From Callorhinchus milii (lineage: Eukaryota): a stretch of DNA of 64,000 bases. A program made the translations under genes and the position numbers. The DNA is taken from the NCBI RefSeq assembly GCF_018977255.1, contig NW_024704743.1, forward strand, positions 41,232,001 through 41,296,000. Direction: 5' to 3'. Position 1 is the stretch's first letter. Every line of letters starts with the position of its first letter. The notes beneath the pieces were generated by a model. It saw only the letters and a program-made list of their open reading frames with translations. It was not told where the DNA came from and ran no database searches. This document shows, piece by piece, positions 1 to 13,314 of this stretch.

Positions 1-34
1 TTAATATTATTATTATTATTATTATTATTATTAT
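1..34. repeat. (TTA)n microsatellite, probably the tail of a SINE cut by the window edge
   Basis: ttattattatt... run; the SINEs in this window end in the same (TTA)n tail. Confidence 0.85.
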
Positions 35-139
35 CATCAGTGCCTATGCCCCTAACCTGTCTACCACTTCATTTCCTCCATCTCTTTCTTTCTTGAAATC
101 TCACCTCAAATCCTACCTCTTTGAATACATCTATAGCAA

Positions 140-548
140 AAACAAAAGTCGCTGGGAACACTCAGCAGGTCAGGCAGCATTTATGGAGAAAGGAAAATGA
201 GTCAACATTTCAGGTCCACTACCTTCAGTCAGAATTGGGGCATGTAGGGAGGGAGAAGCTTTTGATGGGTAACAGAGAGATGGGAGGCAGGGCAAGGAAG
301 ACAAAGGAGAAAATTAGGTAGAGGACAGGGAGGATGGGTTAAAGAGGTGTTAATGATGCACAACAAGGGAGGGGATTGCAACAAAGCAGGGGAATAGAAG
401 TGTTAATACTGCAGAACTAAGGGTGGGGGGGAAATTGCAACATAACAGGCAGAACAGAGAGAGAGAAGGTGTGTCTGGGACGAACATGATGTGGTAATGG
501 TCATAGAAGAAGGGGAGGGGGAATGGTGAGTTGTTATGGTCTGAAATA
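140..548 (-). mobile_element. Penelope-like retroelement terminal-repeat fragment inserted into an L2 3' tail
   Basis: Motif gctgggaacactcagcaggtcaggcagcatttatggag recurs at 24640 and 35090; flanked by the 13-bp direct repeat acatctatagcaa (127-139 and 549-561); L2-like 3' sequence on both sides. Confidence 0.65.
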
Positions 549-932
549 ACATCTATAGCAACCTCCCTCTTTCCCTTCCACCCTCCCTTGCTCAATGTCC
601 AACTGCGTTCCTGTGAAGCCCTCCAAGAAGTGACTCTACATAAAGGCATATATGTATCTCTGTGATACAATACTGTAAGTGCCTTGCAATACAGTGACTT
701 ACAGTAAAATGTTGCACACATTCTTGGGAATAGCTAATCAAGATTTTTTCAAACACTTTTAAAGTTTTTGGGAGTTCCGGGAATTTGAGGAGTAATACTA
801 AACAATTTGTCATCTTAATCGCTTTAATATTCTACACCTATTAATCCACATGTACATTTTCCTTTGCGTTAGCATACAGATGAATAACTGACTGTGCTCC
901 TATTGTACATACAAGTAATCTCTTTCTTACAG

Positions 933-996
933 GTTAGTTACAATTGGGGACCACATGATCTCTGAACGACTTCAAAGCCATGTTATGATGGACTAA
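933..996 (+). CDS. Candidate terminal coding exon of an unidentified upstream gene
   Basis: Acceptor tctctttcttacag at 919-932; phase-0 frame VSYNWGPHDL* (stop 963-965) or phase-2 frame LVTIGDHMISERLQSHVMMD* (stop 994-996); followed by 3'UTR-like sequence and AATAAA at 1905-1910. Confidence 0.4.
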
Positions 997-1239
997 TTTT
1001 ACAGCTAATTTTTCGAGAAAGAGTAGGAGGATGATAGGAATATTAATAACTTTAGTCACTCATTCAATTGGCATGTTTCTATTGGTGTTAGTTGGATTTG
1101 GGTAGCCAACAACAACAACAAAATTACACTTGTATAGCCAGTGTAAAAGTGCATGGATATAGGATGGATAGATATTCAACAGCTTTACATTATTACCTTT
1201 GAGTAGGGGAGAGAGAAGAGGTACTTTTCCAGTAAGAAA

Positions 1240-1610
1240 GAAACAATTTGCATGTTATAGCGCCTTAGATATCAAAATATCTCAGTTCACGGTAATTATT
1301 TCAAAGTATATTGACAATATTTTACAGGTAAAACAGCAATCATTTTAGACACGGCAAGGTCTGCCTATAAAATTAATGATTGGTTAATCATTGTTGTAGA
1401 GTAGTCAGTTGATTAATCAGAAGAAACTTTCTTCTTTATTTGAATATGTAATGGATCTTTAATGATCACCTGAAGACAGACAATAACTTGGTTGGAAATG
1501 TTATTCAAAATCCAGCAACTCAGACATCACATGGGAGTCTCATCTTTGACTATCATATCAGTATCCAAGTAACCAGATCAAAGGCAAAAGTGCTACCAAC
1601 TGAGCCAACC
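1240..1610 (-). mobile_element. Old, degraded Deu-domain SINE
   Basis: Antisense tail tatagcgcctt and antisense head agtgctaccaactgagcca resemble the better-preserved copies in the window. Confidence 0.5.
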
Positions 1611-2454
1611 ATGGGACACCAAATGTTGATAGATGGGCATGGCAAGTTTACAGTATGGCAGCTGAACATAGATTGTGGAAAAAGAAGACTTGGTTGAGCT
1701 GCATACAATATATTTGTACACAATGCATACAATATATATATATACAATATATATAGAGTGGGTTTCTTATCGGAAGGAACTTGAATGACCATGTTTAATG
1801 TCAAGCTATCTTCAATTCTTTTCACAGTGCCCTTTCAAATGGGGCTTTAGTTTGAGAATTTTCTTTTCTTTGATACTGTTCTATTTTGTTATTAACTTCA
1901 GGCAAATAAATTTTTTAAAACTCTATTGATCCACATTTGAATATATATACATAATTTGATATATGGGAAACAACAGGAAATTGTTTTACAGTGTAGTATT
2001 TCCGATTATAGCCTTAATTTATGCTAAGCTATACTGAAGACATTTTTTCCTTGGTGTAGTTATGAAAATTGGGGAAAAAAGTTCAAAAATATAAACGTGC
2101 CAATATAAAAACAATATTTTACAAGTGAAACCAAATGTAAAATCCTTAGCTATGAGTTTTGGGCTCAAAATTGAAGCCAAATTATACAGGAGTTTAATTT
2201 ATCTTATTTCTTAATGGAATTCCCTAATAACCAGTCCGAGTCATCCAAATGTGATCTTATCCTGCTAAGTGATGGTAGGTCATGCCAACCCACAGAAAAT
2301 CTCTTCCAGTGTTTCATTGTCTACAGCAGAGTTCCTGTGGTTTAACAGGAACATTATTCAAAGACATTCTGTCATAAACTGGACCCAAAATCTTTTCTCT
2401 GGAATATGAATCAAGCTGTTGGTCTGATTCAAGTTGCAGTTTCTTTTCCTGGAC

Positions 2455-2780
2455 TAGGCACCACAATCCTATCATCTCAATCATTGTTTGGCTCCATTAG
2501 CTCCCCATTCCCTTGCGGATCGAATTCAAGAACCTCAACTTTGCACTAAAATCCCTCTATGCCCCACCCTATTTGCCCCTGCAACGAAACCAGCCACTCC
2601 CTTCACTCAGCAAACACTGGCCTCTTCATTGTCCTTTATCTGATTAATTCACCCCATCATCAGTAACTGAGCTCCCAGCCACTCTGCATCCACCACACGC
2701 TTTTCCTTCCCACTTGTAAACCCCAACTTTAGACCTATCTTTTAAATATTGCTTTTGGTTACCTTCCCCCTCTCCCCACC
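2455..2780 (+). mobile_element. Degraded L2 LINE 3' fragment
   Basis: ctccattagctcccc...gaattcaagaacctc...agacctatcttttaaa resembles the LHWLP..RI.FKI region and 3' end of the other L2 copies. Confidence 0.6.
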
Positions 2781-2959
2781 CAAAAAAAAACCTTCACACC
2801 TCCACTATCCCTAACTCGGGCTCCCAGGCAGTTTTTCGTTGTTGCTTTCATTTGTTGTTCGTAGACAGGAGTTAATAGTCAGTAATGTTGTTGCAGTAAT
2901 AGATTTTTTCTTTTTGCTTTGTCCTTTGAAAGCAAATTGTTTTATGGAACTCTTTCCAT

Positions 2960-4540
2960 TGTTCCCTCTCAAATACCTTTTCCCAGATGAAGCCCACCAC
3001 CTGCTGCCACGATCCCCTCCCCACCACCTGCTAGTCACCAAACTCCTCCTCCTGTCCCAGCTGCTGGCTGACATAATCAACCAGTCACTCTCCTCCTGCT
3101 CTGTTCCTCTCCCTCTTAAAACCTCTGTCATCACTCCCCTCCTCAAAAAAGCCAACCTTGACCCCTCCGTCCTGACAAATTAATGACCCATTTCCAATCT
3201 GGCATTCATTGTAGCTAACAAGCTTTTCTCTCACCTCTCCCTTCACTCCATCCTTGAGCCCTTCCAGTTTGGTTTCCACCCTGCCCACAGCACATGGCAG
3301 TGCTTACAAGGTCACAAACAATATCCTTTCTCTCTGTAAACAGGTTCCCTCCACCTCCTCATCTCCCTGGACCTCTCCACCGTGTTCAATACAGTCGACC
3401 ACAGCCTATCCTCCCTCATTCACCTTAGTGGGATTGCACTAGCCTGGTTCGAGTCCTACCTAACAAACTGCCTCCACTTTATCTCTTCAAACAGTTTCTC
3501 CTCCTGTCTCCACCCAGTCACCTGCAGGATACCACAGGGCTCCATCTTTGGCCCACTCCTCTTCTTATATATATGCTCCCTCTTGGCAATGTCATCTGCA
3601 GACATGGAGCAAACTTCCACTTGTATGTGGATGACACACAAATATACTTCTCCCACTCCAGCTTTGACTCTAATACCGCCGATGTTCTTTTGGTTTGTCT
3701 GGTGGACAGCAAAGCCTGGACGAGCAAAAACTTCCTACAACTAAATGTTGATAAGCCAGAAGCCATACTCATTGGCGCCCGTCAATGTCTTCTATCCTGC
3801 GATTCTGACATCCTCAACCTTCCTGGCCTGTCCTTCAGATTGACCAAAACAGTGAGCAACCTAGGCGTCAGGTTTAACCCACAGATATTCTTCCTTCCCC
3901 ATATCCCTGACCAGGACCGTCTTCCTCCACCTCCGCACATTGGCTGCCTCCGACCATACCTTACCCCAGACACAACTGAAACACTTGTTTTTGCGTTCGT
4001 CACCTCTCAACCCGACTTCTCAAATGCCGTATTTGTCGGTCTCCCCTGCTACACCATGCACAGGATCCAGCTAATATAAAACGACACCGCCCGCATACCC
4101 ACCCACACTAAACTCTGTAACCCATCACACCAGTTCTAACCAATGGCTCCATAACACTGAACGGATCAATTCCAAGATACTCATACTCGTTTTCAAATCT
4201 CTTTATGCCCTGGTGTATCCCTACCTCTCTGACCTGCTTACACCCCAATCTACAACTCGTTGCCTCGGCTTGAGCGTCTCTGGCTTTCTCCATGTCCCTC
4301 GTGCCCTTCGTTCCACCATAGGCAGCCACACTTTCAGCCGCTAAGCCCCAAAACTGTGGAACACTCTTCTTCTATCCCTTCCTTGCCCATCTTCAAGTCA
4401 TACCTGAAGATCTTCCTCTTTGACAATGCTGATGGTCACCTCCACCTCCTCCTGGCTCAGCATCATGGTCTGCCAATATCAAGCTCTCTGGGGTGCTACT
4501 CTGTGTGAGGGGCAATAAATACAAGTTTTTATTGTTGTTC
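2960..4540 (+). mobile_element. 5'-truncated L2 LINE with frameshifted reverse transcriptase
   Basis: Translated fragments PLLKKANLDPS, PQGSIFGPLLF, FHLYVDDTQIYFS, FLQLNVDKPEAIL; ends in a (TTG)-type tail. Confidence 0.92.
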
Positions 4541-6469
4541 TTGTATTAAAAAGAGGTATTCCAGTTCCACTGCTTTGTTCCACCAGAAAAAGAGAATTGC
4601 CAACAAGAATATGTTTTAATGGCTTTATGTTCTATCATATAATTGGTTTCGATTACAATGTCAAATCAGCAGGATTCATAAACTTCTATCATCAGCATTA
4701 TCTTCCAAAGATAAACCTCTGCTATAAAGCATTTAGACAGGGAAGCAGCATGAGAGAGAGAGAGAGGTCTGTGCATGAGATATTACTATTGAAGTGAGGG
4801 AGCTTATGTGATCCCTGTCTCTTTTGTTCCTCCAGTTGCATCCATACCTAGGTACATCGACTGTCTCTTTTGTACATGCTCAATTCTTCACATCTCCAGC
4901 CACACAACTTTCTCTTCAATACCAAGCCCACAATAGTGATCCCTCATGTCTAATTGAATTCCTCATACAGCAGCCTTGCAGCTCTCCCTTTATAATCCAA
5001 TACATCATGTGTAACTTTTGCAGTCTTCTCATCCAGGAAAGGAATGCCTCAAACATCAATACAGAGATTCACTTATACAGATCCAATCCCTCAGACACCA
5101 AACTCTTTATTACTCATACTGTATGTGAGGAGTACAATAATTTTCACCTATAACCAGATCTTGTTGAGATGCACCGTGGTGCTTTGGCCTTGCTGAAAAC
5201 AATGTCAAAGACTCACCTTGAGTCGGGAGGATGTTAAAGATCCCATTGCACTATTTGGTGTAACAAATTGGAATTAACCGAACTTAATCAGCAAGATTTT
5301 TGTGAGGCTATTAATAATAAGTGTTTCCATTTGCTTCAAACAGGTGATGATTTCTGTGTTGTTGGAATAGTGGGGATAGCTGGATATTACTACCTTTAAG
5401 TCGTGACAGACCAGGATTGAATGGTGGAAATTTGGAAAGGCATGATCAGCTTTTGCTTCAGGTAATACTTATATCCTTCTGCCCCAAAAGTTTAGTCCTG
5501 ATAGAGTAATTTGTGAACAGTCAATGGAAGGATCAGGACTACATTTTCCATATTCTTTTCTTATGATACTTGGGCAAGCTGCAGATTTTCTGCTAACTTG
5601 TTTAATGTATATTCAATGCTTTAAAATAATTAGAAATTAAGGCAAGGCTTTCTATTTTGAAGGGATGGGATACAATGCACAAATTGACATTTAAGAAAGC
5701 CTGATAATAAAGGATAACGATGCTGCAAATGCAGAAAAACAACACAGAGCTTAATATGCGACTAAGTGGAAATGCCACTATTATAAAAAAATCAGTCAGT
5801 TTTAGTAACAGACATCAAGTAGATGGCCGCTAGCCAGAGTGCTGTGAAATATTCCCATTGAAATCTGCAACTGTTATGTATTCATACAGTTACACGATGA
5901 GAGTGGGTAGTTCCCCGAGCCCTCAGTTCTACCACAGGGAATTACAAGCATCTTGTTTTCTGAGTAATCCTTGTAATTTCACAGACAAGCTAGATTTAAA
6001 TGAGTTCAGTCTTTCTCTTAACAGCAGGCTTGCTCCAGCTCCAGGCCTTCAGGAATACGATCTTGGCTTTGACCAAATCTTAAATGTTTCTGCTTCACAG
6101 AGGAGAAAGAATCAGATGAAAGCAAGTCTTCTCTTAACAGCCAGGCAAACACCAGAGCACAATAAGCGGTGACAATAAATTAGAAAGCGTAGACCTCCTC
6201 ACTTTCCATCAGATCAACTGAAGGACCCTATATCATTCTTCTTTGAAGAATTCTTCCACAAATTACTTCTTGAATCATTTTTCCCCAAACCCCAGGAAAT
6301 TCTCTGCTTTTTTAGATGGCATCTTTGTACAGCAGCAATTATGCAGAATGCTGCAAACTCCTGGCACCCATTTTGTATATTTAAACTATGTAACTTTGCA
6401 CAATGCTCATCATAATTGCTCAATTTTGGCACCAGACATATGTCCTCTTAACATATATTAAATAGACTG

Positions 6470-7130
6470 CCGCACGGAAACAAGATATTCAGCCTAAGCA
6501 CAGCATGCCAGTGTTTATAGTCTCCACCCACTCCTTACTCCCTCCTATAACCTTTCATTCCCTTCTCCCTCATGTGCATATCCATCTTATACTTGTGTCC
6601 CCCGGTTACGGACTCCCCAACAAGTGGGAACTGCCTATTTATGTTAACCGCTTACTATACAGTTCATGACCCACCGCCTCCGCTCAGCTGGCTGCAGCCT
6701 TCTGCTTGACCCTCGTCCCCACCACTCCACCATCAGCATCTGTGCTTTCAGACACTGTGCCTCAAAACTTTGGAACTCTTCCCTGAATTCCTACACCTTG
6801 CCACCTCCTTCCCCTTTTGCAGATCATGCCTGAAAGCATTCCTCTTCGACCGTGCTTACATCACCTCCTCCCTCACCCCAGCTCGACATCAGGTTCCGCC
6901 CCTGTTAAGCGCTCCGAGATGTGAAAGGTGCTTAATGCAAGTTCTTGTTGTTGTTATAACCTAATTGAACCCTTTTAAAATTTTAAACACTGCTATTAGA
7001 TCCCCTCTTAAATGTCTCTTCTCTAGAGGAAAAAGCCTAACCTATACGGTCTAACCTAATAGAGGTAACCTGCCTCATAAACCTATGCTGTACTCTCTCT
7101 ATGGCTGCTATAATCTGCAAAATGCTCTCT
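6470..7130 (-). mobile_element. CR1 LINE 3' fragment interrupted by a plus-strand L2 3' fragment (~6660-6955)
   Basis: CR1-like antisense sequence resembling 7225-7630 on both sides of an L2 tail ending atgcaagttcttgttgttg. Confidence 0.7.
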
Positions 7131-7224
7131 CTCACCTTTAAATTTCTTCCAATCTTTTCTCCTCCCACTCTCCCACAATACAATTGTTGTACTCAGACCT
7201 TGCGAGGAATTCTTAGGTTCTACA

Positions 7225-7630
7225 AAGATTTACAAAAAATGTACAGCACGTAAACAGATCATTCGGCCCAACCAGTCTTCACTCCCTCACAGACCCTTCT
7301 ATTCCCCTTTCCCACATGTGAAGATCTAACTTCCTCTTGAATGCATCTGCTCTATCTAATTTAACCACTGCTTCAGGCAGAAAGTTCCGCAATCTCAATA
7401 CCCTATGCGTGAAGTAGTTCTTCCTAAATTCTCTTTCAAATCCCCTAGTCACTATGTTATATTTGTGTCCCTCGTTATGGATTCCCCAATCAGTGGAAAC
7501 AGCCTATTTACGTTACCCTTTTTCGAACCTTACTATAATTTTAAACACTTCTATTAGGTTCCCCCCTTAAATGTCTCTTCTTTAGCGAAAAAAGCTGTAG
7601 CCTATCCTGTCTATCCTTATATCCATATAG
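7225..7630 (-). mobile_element. CR1 LINE 3' end
   Basis: tacagcacgtaaacagatcattcggcccaacc terminus, then antisense ORF2 C-terminal region resembling 8500-8869 and 61610-61905. Confidence 0.75.
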
Positions 7631-7699
7631 CAACCCATTCTACTCTCACCCTCTGTTTCCTATCTTTTAACTAACTTTCTAACATGCTGCTACCTTTCC

Positions 7700-8500
7700 A
7701 TTAATACCATGCAGCCTGTTTTCTTTTAACAAGCACTACCCACGTGAAGTGTGCAATATGAATCCAAGCTGTTATTGTCAAAAGCTTTATAAAAATCCAC
7801 ATATACCACATCCACAGTATTACCTTCATCTATGTTCTCAGTTATTTCATCAAAAATCTATGTTAGATTTGACAGGCAACACTTGACTTTAACAAATCCA
7901 CGCTGACTATCTTTAATCAATCCATGTCTTTTCAAGTGGTTATTAATATTATCCCTTATTATAGCTTATTAAAGTCTGCCCACTGTGGACTTTACACTGA
8001 CTGGTCTATAATTACCCGTCTAGTCCCAGTCTTCCTTTTTAAACAGAGATGTTAAATTAGCTACCCTCCAGTCTCATGACACAACTTTCAAATCCAAAGA
8101 TATTTGAAATTGTAGTCATAACATCTATTATTTCCTCCTTGGCTTCCCTCAACATTCTCATATGCATTTCACAAGGCATTTTGAGTTCCATTAATTTTTT
8201 AACACCACTTCTTTTTCAAAATTATGTGTTGCATGTCCTCCTCTTCCACATTCAATGTCTTACTTCCACTCTCTTCTGTTAAAATTTAAATTCTCATTAA
8301 ATAATCAATCATTAATCTCTACAATATCTTCATTTCCTATAACTGGATTTCCCTTTTGTTTCTAATTGGCCCTACCATTTCTTTAACTATTCTTTTAGTT
8401 TCAATGCATTTACAAAATCCTTATTATTTTTCTTCATGATCCCTGCCAGTTTTTCCTCATATCCCTTCTTGGCCTTTAGAATCTCCTTTTTTTTCACGTC
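7700..8500 (-). mobile_element. Degraded CR1 reverse-transcriptase region
   Basis: Minus-strand translation contains GNYRPVS and HGLIKDSQRGFVK..CCLSNL, typical CR1 RT motifs. Confidence 0.8.
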
Positions 8501-8869
8501 TATATTTTCTATTATGAGGGGATTTGCTAGAGTGAAAAGGGAGAAGCTGTTTCTACTGACAGGTGGGTTGGTAACCAGTGGACACAGCTTTAAAATAGTT
8601 GTCAAAAGAACCAGAAGGGTGATGAGGAGACATTTTTTCATACAGTGAGTTGTCTGATCTGGAATGCATTGCTTGAAAGGGTGGTGGAAGCTGATTCGAT
8701 AAAAACTTTCAAGAGAGAAGTGAAGAGATATTTAGGGTGGACAAATTTACAAGGCTATGGGGAGAGAGCATGGGAGTAGGATTCATTTGGATATATCTTT
8801 CAAAGAGCTGGCACGGGCATGATGGGCCAAATGGCCTCCTTCTGTGCTGTGTAATTCTATGATTCTATG
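8500..8869 (+). mobile_element. CR1 LINE 3' end nested in the older minus-strand CR1
   Basis: IMRGFARVKREKLFLL..TSGHSFKI..RRHFFIQ C-terminal motif; terminus ctatgattctatg. Confidence 0.85.
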
Positions 8870-9109
8870 CTGCCCGATTTCCCTTTGTATTATCATCTTT
8901 ACATTTATTTTATGCCTCTCTTAAATTTTACTTTTATTTTAATTTCTCTACTCATCCAAGGAACCCTATTTTTAACAGTATCCCCTTTATTAATTGTATT
9001 TTAATAGGAATCCTGTTTCACAACTTTACTGTAACATATTTATCCAAACCACATATATGGCACTTATACATGGAAATGCCCCTTTGTCTGGAACTGAATA
9101 TATACTTTT

Positions 9110-9532
9110 ATATTAATACTGATCCTTACATTTGATATACTATGCTTCATGTCAGGAGGACATCTCAAAGTTTTCACAGGATATACTGTAAAGTGGACTG
9201 ACTGTACTTTATAGGTGAACGTGGCAGCCAAAAACAGCCACAAACAACCATGAACTGAATGATCAAATGTAATGCCGGATTGTTGGGTTGGAGACCTGGA
9301 GAAACTCCCTTCTGTTTTTGAATAGTCTCCCGGAATCTTTAACATGCACCTGAACAGGCAGACAGGATCTCGGTTTAATGTCTTATCACAAGGATGGTGC
9401 CTCCAACAATCCAGCACATCCCAGCACAGGATTGGAGTGTCAGCTTTGACCATGAGTTCAGAACCTGACATGATACTTCAACTCACAACCTCTGATTCAG
9501 AGTTAAAAATGCTACCGACTGAACCAGGCTGT
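9110..9532 (-). mobile_element. Near full-length Deu-domain SINE (SacSINE1-like)
   Basis: Reverse complement matches the plus copies at 18703 and 32271: tRNA-like head, Deu body, L2-type tail. Confidence 0.8.
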
Positions 9533-10359
9533 TACAAATTTGTCTATTTCCAGGAGTATCAGGCGGAGGTTGGTGAGAGTTAAGGCTTGGGGACAGCCTG
9601 GTGCGTGTTGGGGCTACAGATGGTATTTTGCTAGCTATTATAAAGACATAATGAGAGCATCACTTTTACAGAAATCAGTTGATAGCCACCTATGCCTGAC
9701 ACCAGCTCCAATATCACTGAGCCACAATAGAGTTTTGCAGATGAAATAATATGTTCACCATTTCACAGGCATCCTTGGGTCTGACATTCGTGATGTGATC
9801 AGATTGTTGCTATTATTGCTTAGAAATGCTTGCAGGTTCCAATGGACCCAGTTCCTGCATTATTAGACAAGTCATACTGAATAAGTCCTGGACTCTTTGA
9901 TGGTTGGCGTGTTAGTGGTAGCTGCAATTCAGTTCCCAGAGTACAGAATTGAAATTGCCAAAACAAGTTTAATTTATTGTAGCGACTGTCAGTGAGAAGA
10001 GTCTATTATCAGTTATCTCTAGGCTGTATTTGAACTTCCATTTGCAGAGGTCAAAAGCAATGATTCAAACCTCTATTGGACTCAAATTTAATGTCTTTAT
10101 TGGTGGCAAATTATTACTGGATCCAGCTGGGACAGAATATTTCCCTTTATCCTACTCGCAATAGAGTAGCGAGGTATGATTGATGTTTAAAGGTAATGGT
10201 TTCCTTAAACAAGGTCAGAACTTCACTTTCAACTTTTACCCACCCTCCCCTGGATGTAGGTAATCAAAAATAAGAGAGAAAGAACAGGGCTTGAAAAAGT
10301 ATGTGCAGTGAATTCTATGTGCCATAATAGTCTTGTATACATGGGGAAACTGTATTTGT

Positions 10360-10580
10360 AAACTTGTCACCTGCAGACTTGATTTCTCAAATGCTCTGCC
10401 CACTGGCATTCATAAGTTGACCATCCACAAGCTTCATCTTCTCCAAACCTCTGCAGGTTGTAGGCTTTACTGTACTAGGCTCAGCAAGCTCATTGCTCCT
10501 ATCCTTGCCAGAGTCCACTGGCTCCCTCTCCTCAGTAGATCAACTTCAAGATCCTCGTCTTTACTTTTCAAATTTCTATT
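10360..10580 (+). mobile_element. L2 LINE ORF2 C-terminal fragment
   Basis: VTCRLDFSNALPTG...PILARVHWLP translation. Confidence 0.8.
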
Positions 10581-10599
10581 TTCAAATTAATTAATATTA

Positions 10600-11000
10600 A
10601 CAAATGTGTTTAAGATAGCACCTATAATGTTAAAATGACAGGCAAGGGAAGCGCCTTTGTATTTATAGGTAAACACAGTGAATAATTTACATAATTATCA
10701 ATTTCCAAACAAACAAACAAACAGCAAGGAAGGAAAACGGACAAATTATTTGGAAGATTGTTCGGCAAGGTGCTGGGAGAAATTTCCTTCTTTTTTCAAA
10801 TGGTGTCATGGTGTAATAACTACGTGACAGACAGATAGGACCTCAGTTTAATGAAATACAGCACCACTGACCATGCAGCTCTCCCCACACTGCACTGGAG
10901 CGTCAATCTAGACTGTGAGCTCAAAGTCAAAGGGCTGACAAATTGTTTGAACCCACAACCTTCTGACCCAGTGGTGAAAGTGCTACGCAAAGCTTTCACA
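10600..11000 (-). mobile_element. Degraded Deu-domain SINE
   Basis: Antisense head ttgaacccacaaccttctgac...gtgctac and partial body. Confidence 0.6.
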
Positions 11001-13314
11001 CACAGAAGTAAACAACAGGAGTATGGGGGAAGGGCAGGGAAATGGGACTCAAAGTATTGCTTTTTAAAAGAGCCAGCACAGACACAGTGGGTTGATTCTG
11101 CTTCTATGATTCTACCCACGCATGAAAAATTCAATCTGGAGTAACATGCTACACAAAGCAGAAAAAAAATAGTCTCTCAAATCAGTTGCTGTCTTCTCCA
11201 CATTTTGAGCTGTTTTGCTTTTAATCTGAAAAATTTGTGGAAAGTTGTAGTAGAGATATTGGAAGACTTTTTTTCATCGCAAAGATCCCACATACGTCTA
11301 TTGAAACTATTGTCTGTCAAATTAAAATTCACAAGATGCCGAGAAAAGCCCAAAGGAGAGAAATTTGTATGGTTTATTTTGTTTGCAAATAAATACCTTA
11401 CTGTGAGCAACAGGGAAGGCAGACTAATGAAAAACTACTGTTGAGGATTTTACAAAGAGGAGAAATACTTTGGAGCTTTGTTTTCCAGAGGAAGGGTAGA
11501 GCTTCACATATTTATAGGTGTCAAAATAAATGATCTAGGATTGATTCCGCAATCATCATTGACGTGTTGATTGGTTTGGATGAAGAATGCTGTTCAGCCC
11601 ATCTGATTCAACCTTCCGAAACTCCAACCCTACCTCTTCCCATTGCAGCATCATTCATGAGATGAGATCAGAAGCTCACATCTCTCAGGTTATTGAATGT
11701 ACAGACCAGTGGGAAATCAGACATGCTTGCCCATCAAAGTTCATACCTTTACTTGCCACTGGGTAAACTCCCCCTGCCCCACACCTTCTAATACTTAAAT
11801 TGGTTTGAATGTTGGATTTAGAATGCAGAAAATGTGTTTACAGTAATGTATTGGAAGTGCACAGTAAGTCAATCGGCAATTGTAATAGAAATTAAAGGAG
11901 CTTTCGTAAAGAAATGTATTTAGGATTTGGAATTTTTTTAAATGTCTGCTTAGAATTACTTTTGGTCGCTTAGTCCATAAAGACAGTGACATTTTCTTTT
12001 GAATTGAGATATATTTTCAAAGGAAATGCTGCCTGTTCTCCAATGAACACATTGTTTTGAAACTCTTTCCTTTAATTGTTGAAGATCAGCACATTGATTT
12101 CAGTATTATGTATGCTAATGTTAAGCATGCAAAAAAATTTATTGCTAAACGTGTTCGCAGGAGAGTAAATATTTTGCAATCATTTATTATTTTTAACACA
12201 GCAGTTTATTTTAATTTTCCCTCTGGGCAGAAAGTGAAGATAATTTATAAATACCCTCCAAATAAACTTTGCTTTTTATGCAGTACATTACTGTGCAAGA
12301 TGTGAGATAGCATTTCACATATATTATAAATATGGACAGTGAAATTTACTAAATTCATACTATTCATCTGCTCATCTAAAATCTGATCAATTCGGCTTCA
12401 ATCATTCAAGCATGTTAGTTCCAATGACTATATTTTAAACTGCACAGTTTCATCAAGAAAAAGGAAGTGGAAATTAATCTTCTGTTTCTAAGATTGACCT
12501 CCACCCTCAGTGTGGATTACTTGTGACCACATCATCAACTCTATATTCAGTGATTCCCATGAGTGGCATTAGTAGACAACTCAAGCTAGCAGCAAGGGTG
12601 TTTGGTCATGTAAAGTCAATATCATTTTTCTTTCATCCCCAGGGGTAGAACACAACACATAGCTCCATTGTTTTATTACACATAATTATCTTCCAGTGAA
12701 TGGCACTTTGCCACCTTATGCCTGCGCAACAGAGGAGGATTTGTTTATTGTGATTAGGCTTCTTTTTCTGCATCACTTTACTTTGGCACTAAACTGGACT
12801 GCTTGCTGGTCGAATATGTCTGCCTTGCTCAGATTCCTGGTTTGTTTATTTCTCAAAAGCAATGGCTTCAACTGTTCAGAAGATGCCAGCACTTTTTGAA
12901 ACGACCAAACTGCATCTGTTTTCCATATCAGAGTACATTGAGAGATACCAAAATTAGCCCAACTGGGATCAGTTGTTCCTCACTTGTTTGATATTTAATT
13001 CATAAATCTTAAGAACTGGAACAGTGTTCAGAAATATGATGAATTAAATAACAATCAGATGCAAATTCAGTAATCTCTGAGGGGGGTAGGAGGGGTGTGC
13101 ATATAAAGATGACAAGTGTTTTATCTAGTTCAATGCTCTGCAACATAGTTTATTGAAATAAAGTTTCCTATTCTCGTCTTACCTATAAAAGACATCTATT
13201 AATAGAGGCATCTCAGCAATCATTCACTTTGGGCAGATTGAAAATACTGAAAGTTGTCCGGTATGTTGTCCAGTTAATCTTTTTAGTACTATTGAATCCT
13301 TCGGCCTTCTAGTT

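Noticed and set aside
5344..5461. Exon-like segment with cag|...cag|gtaata boundaries
   Set aside because: All three frames contain stops; nothing supports it beyond the splice-like motifs
5858..6461. Cluster of short ORFs in non-repeat sequence
   Set aside because: No recognisable domain, overlapping short frames on both strands, and no consistent splice structure
11177..11444. Overlapping 77-79 aa ORFs
   Set aside because: No recognisable protein similarity or convincing donor/acceptor pair
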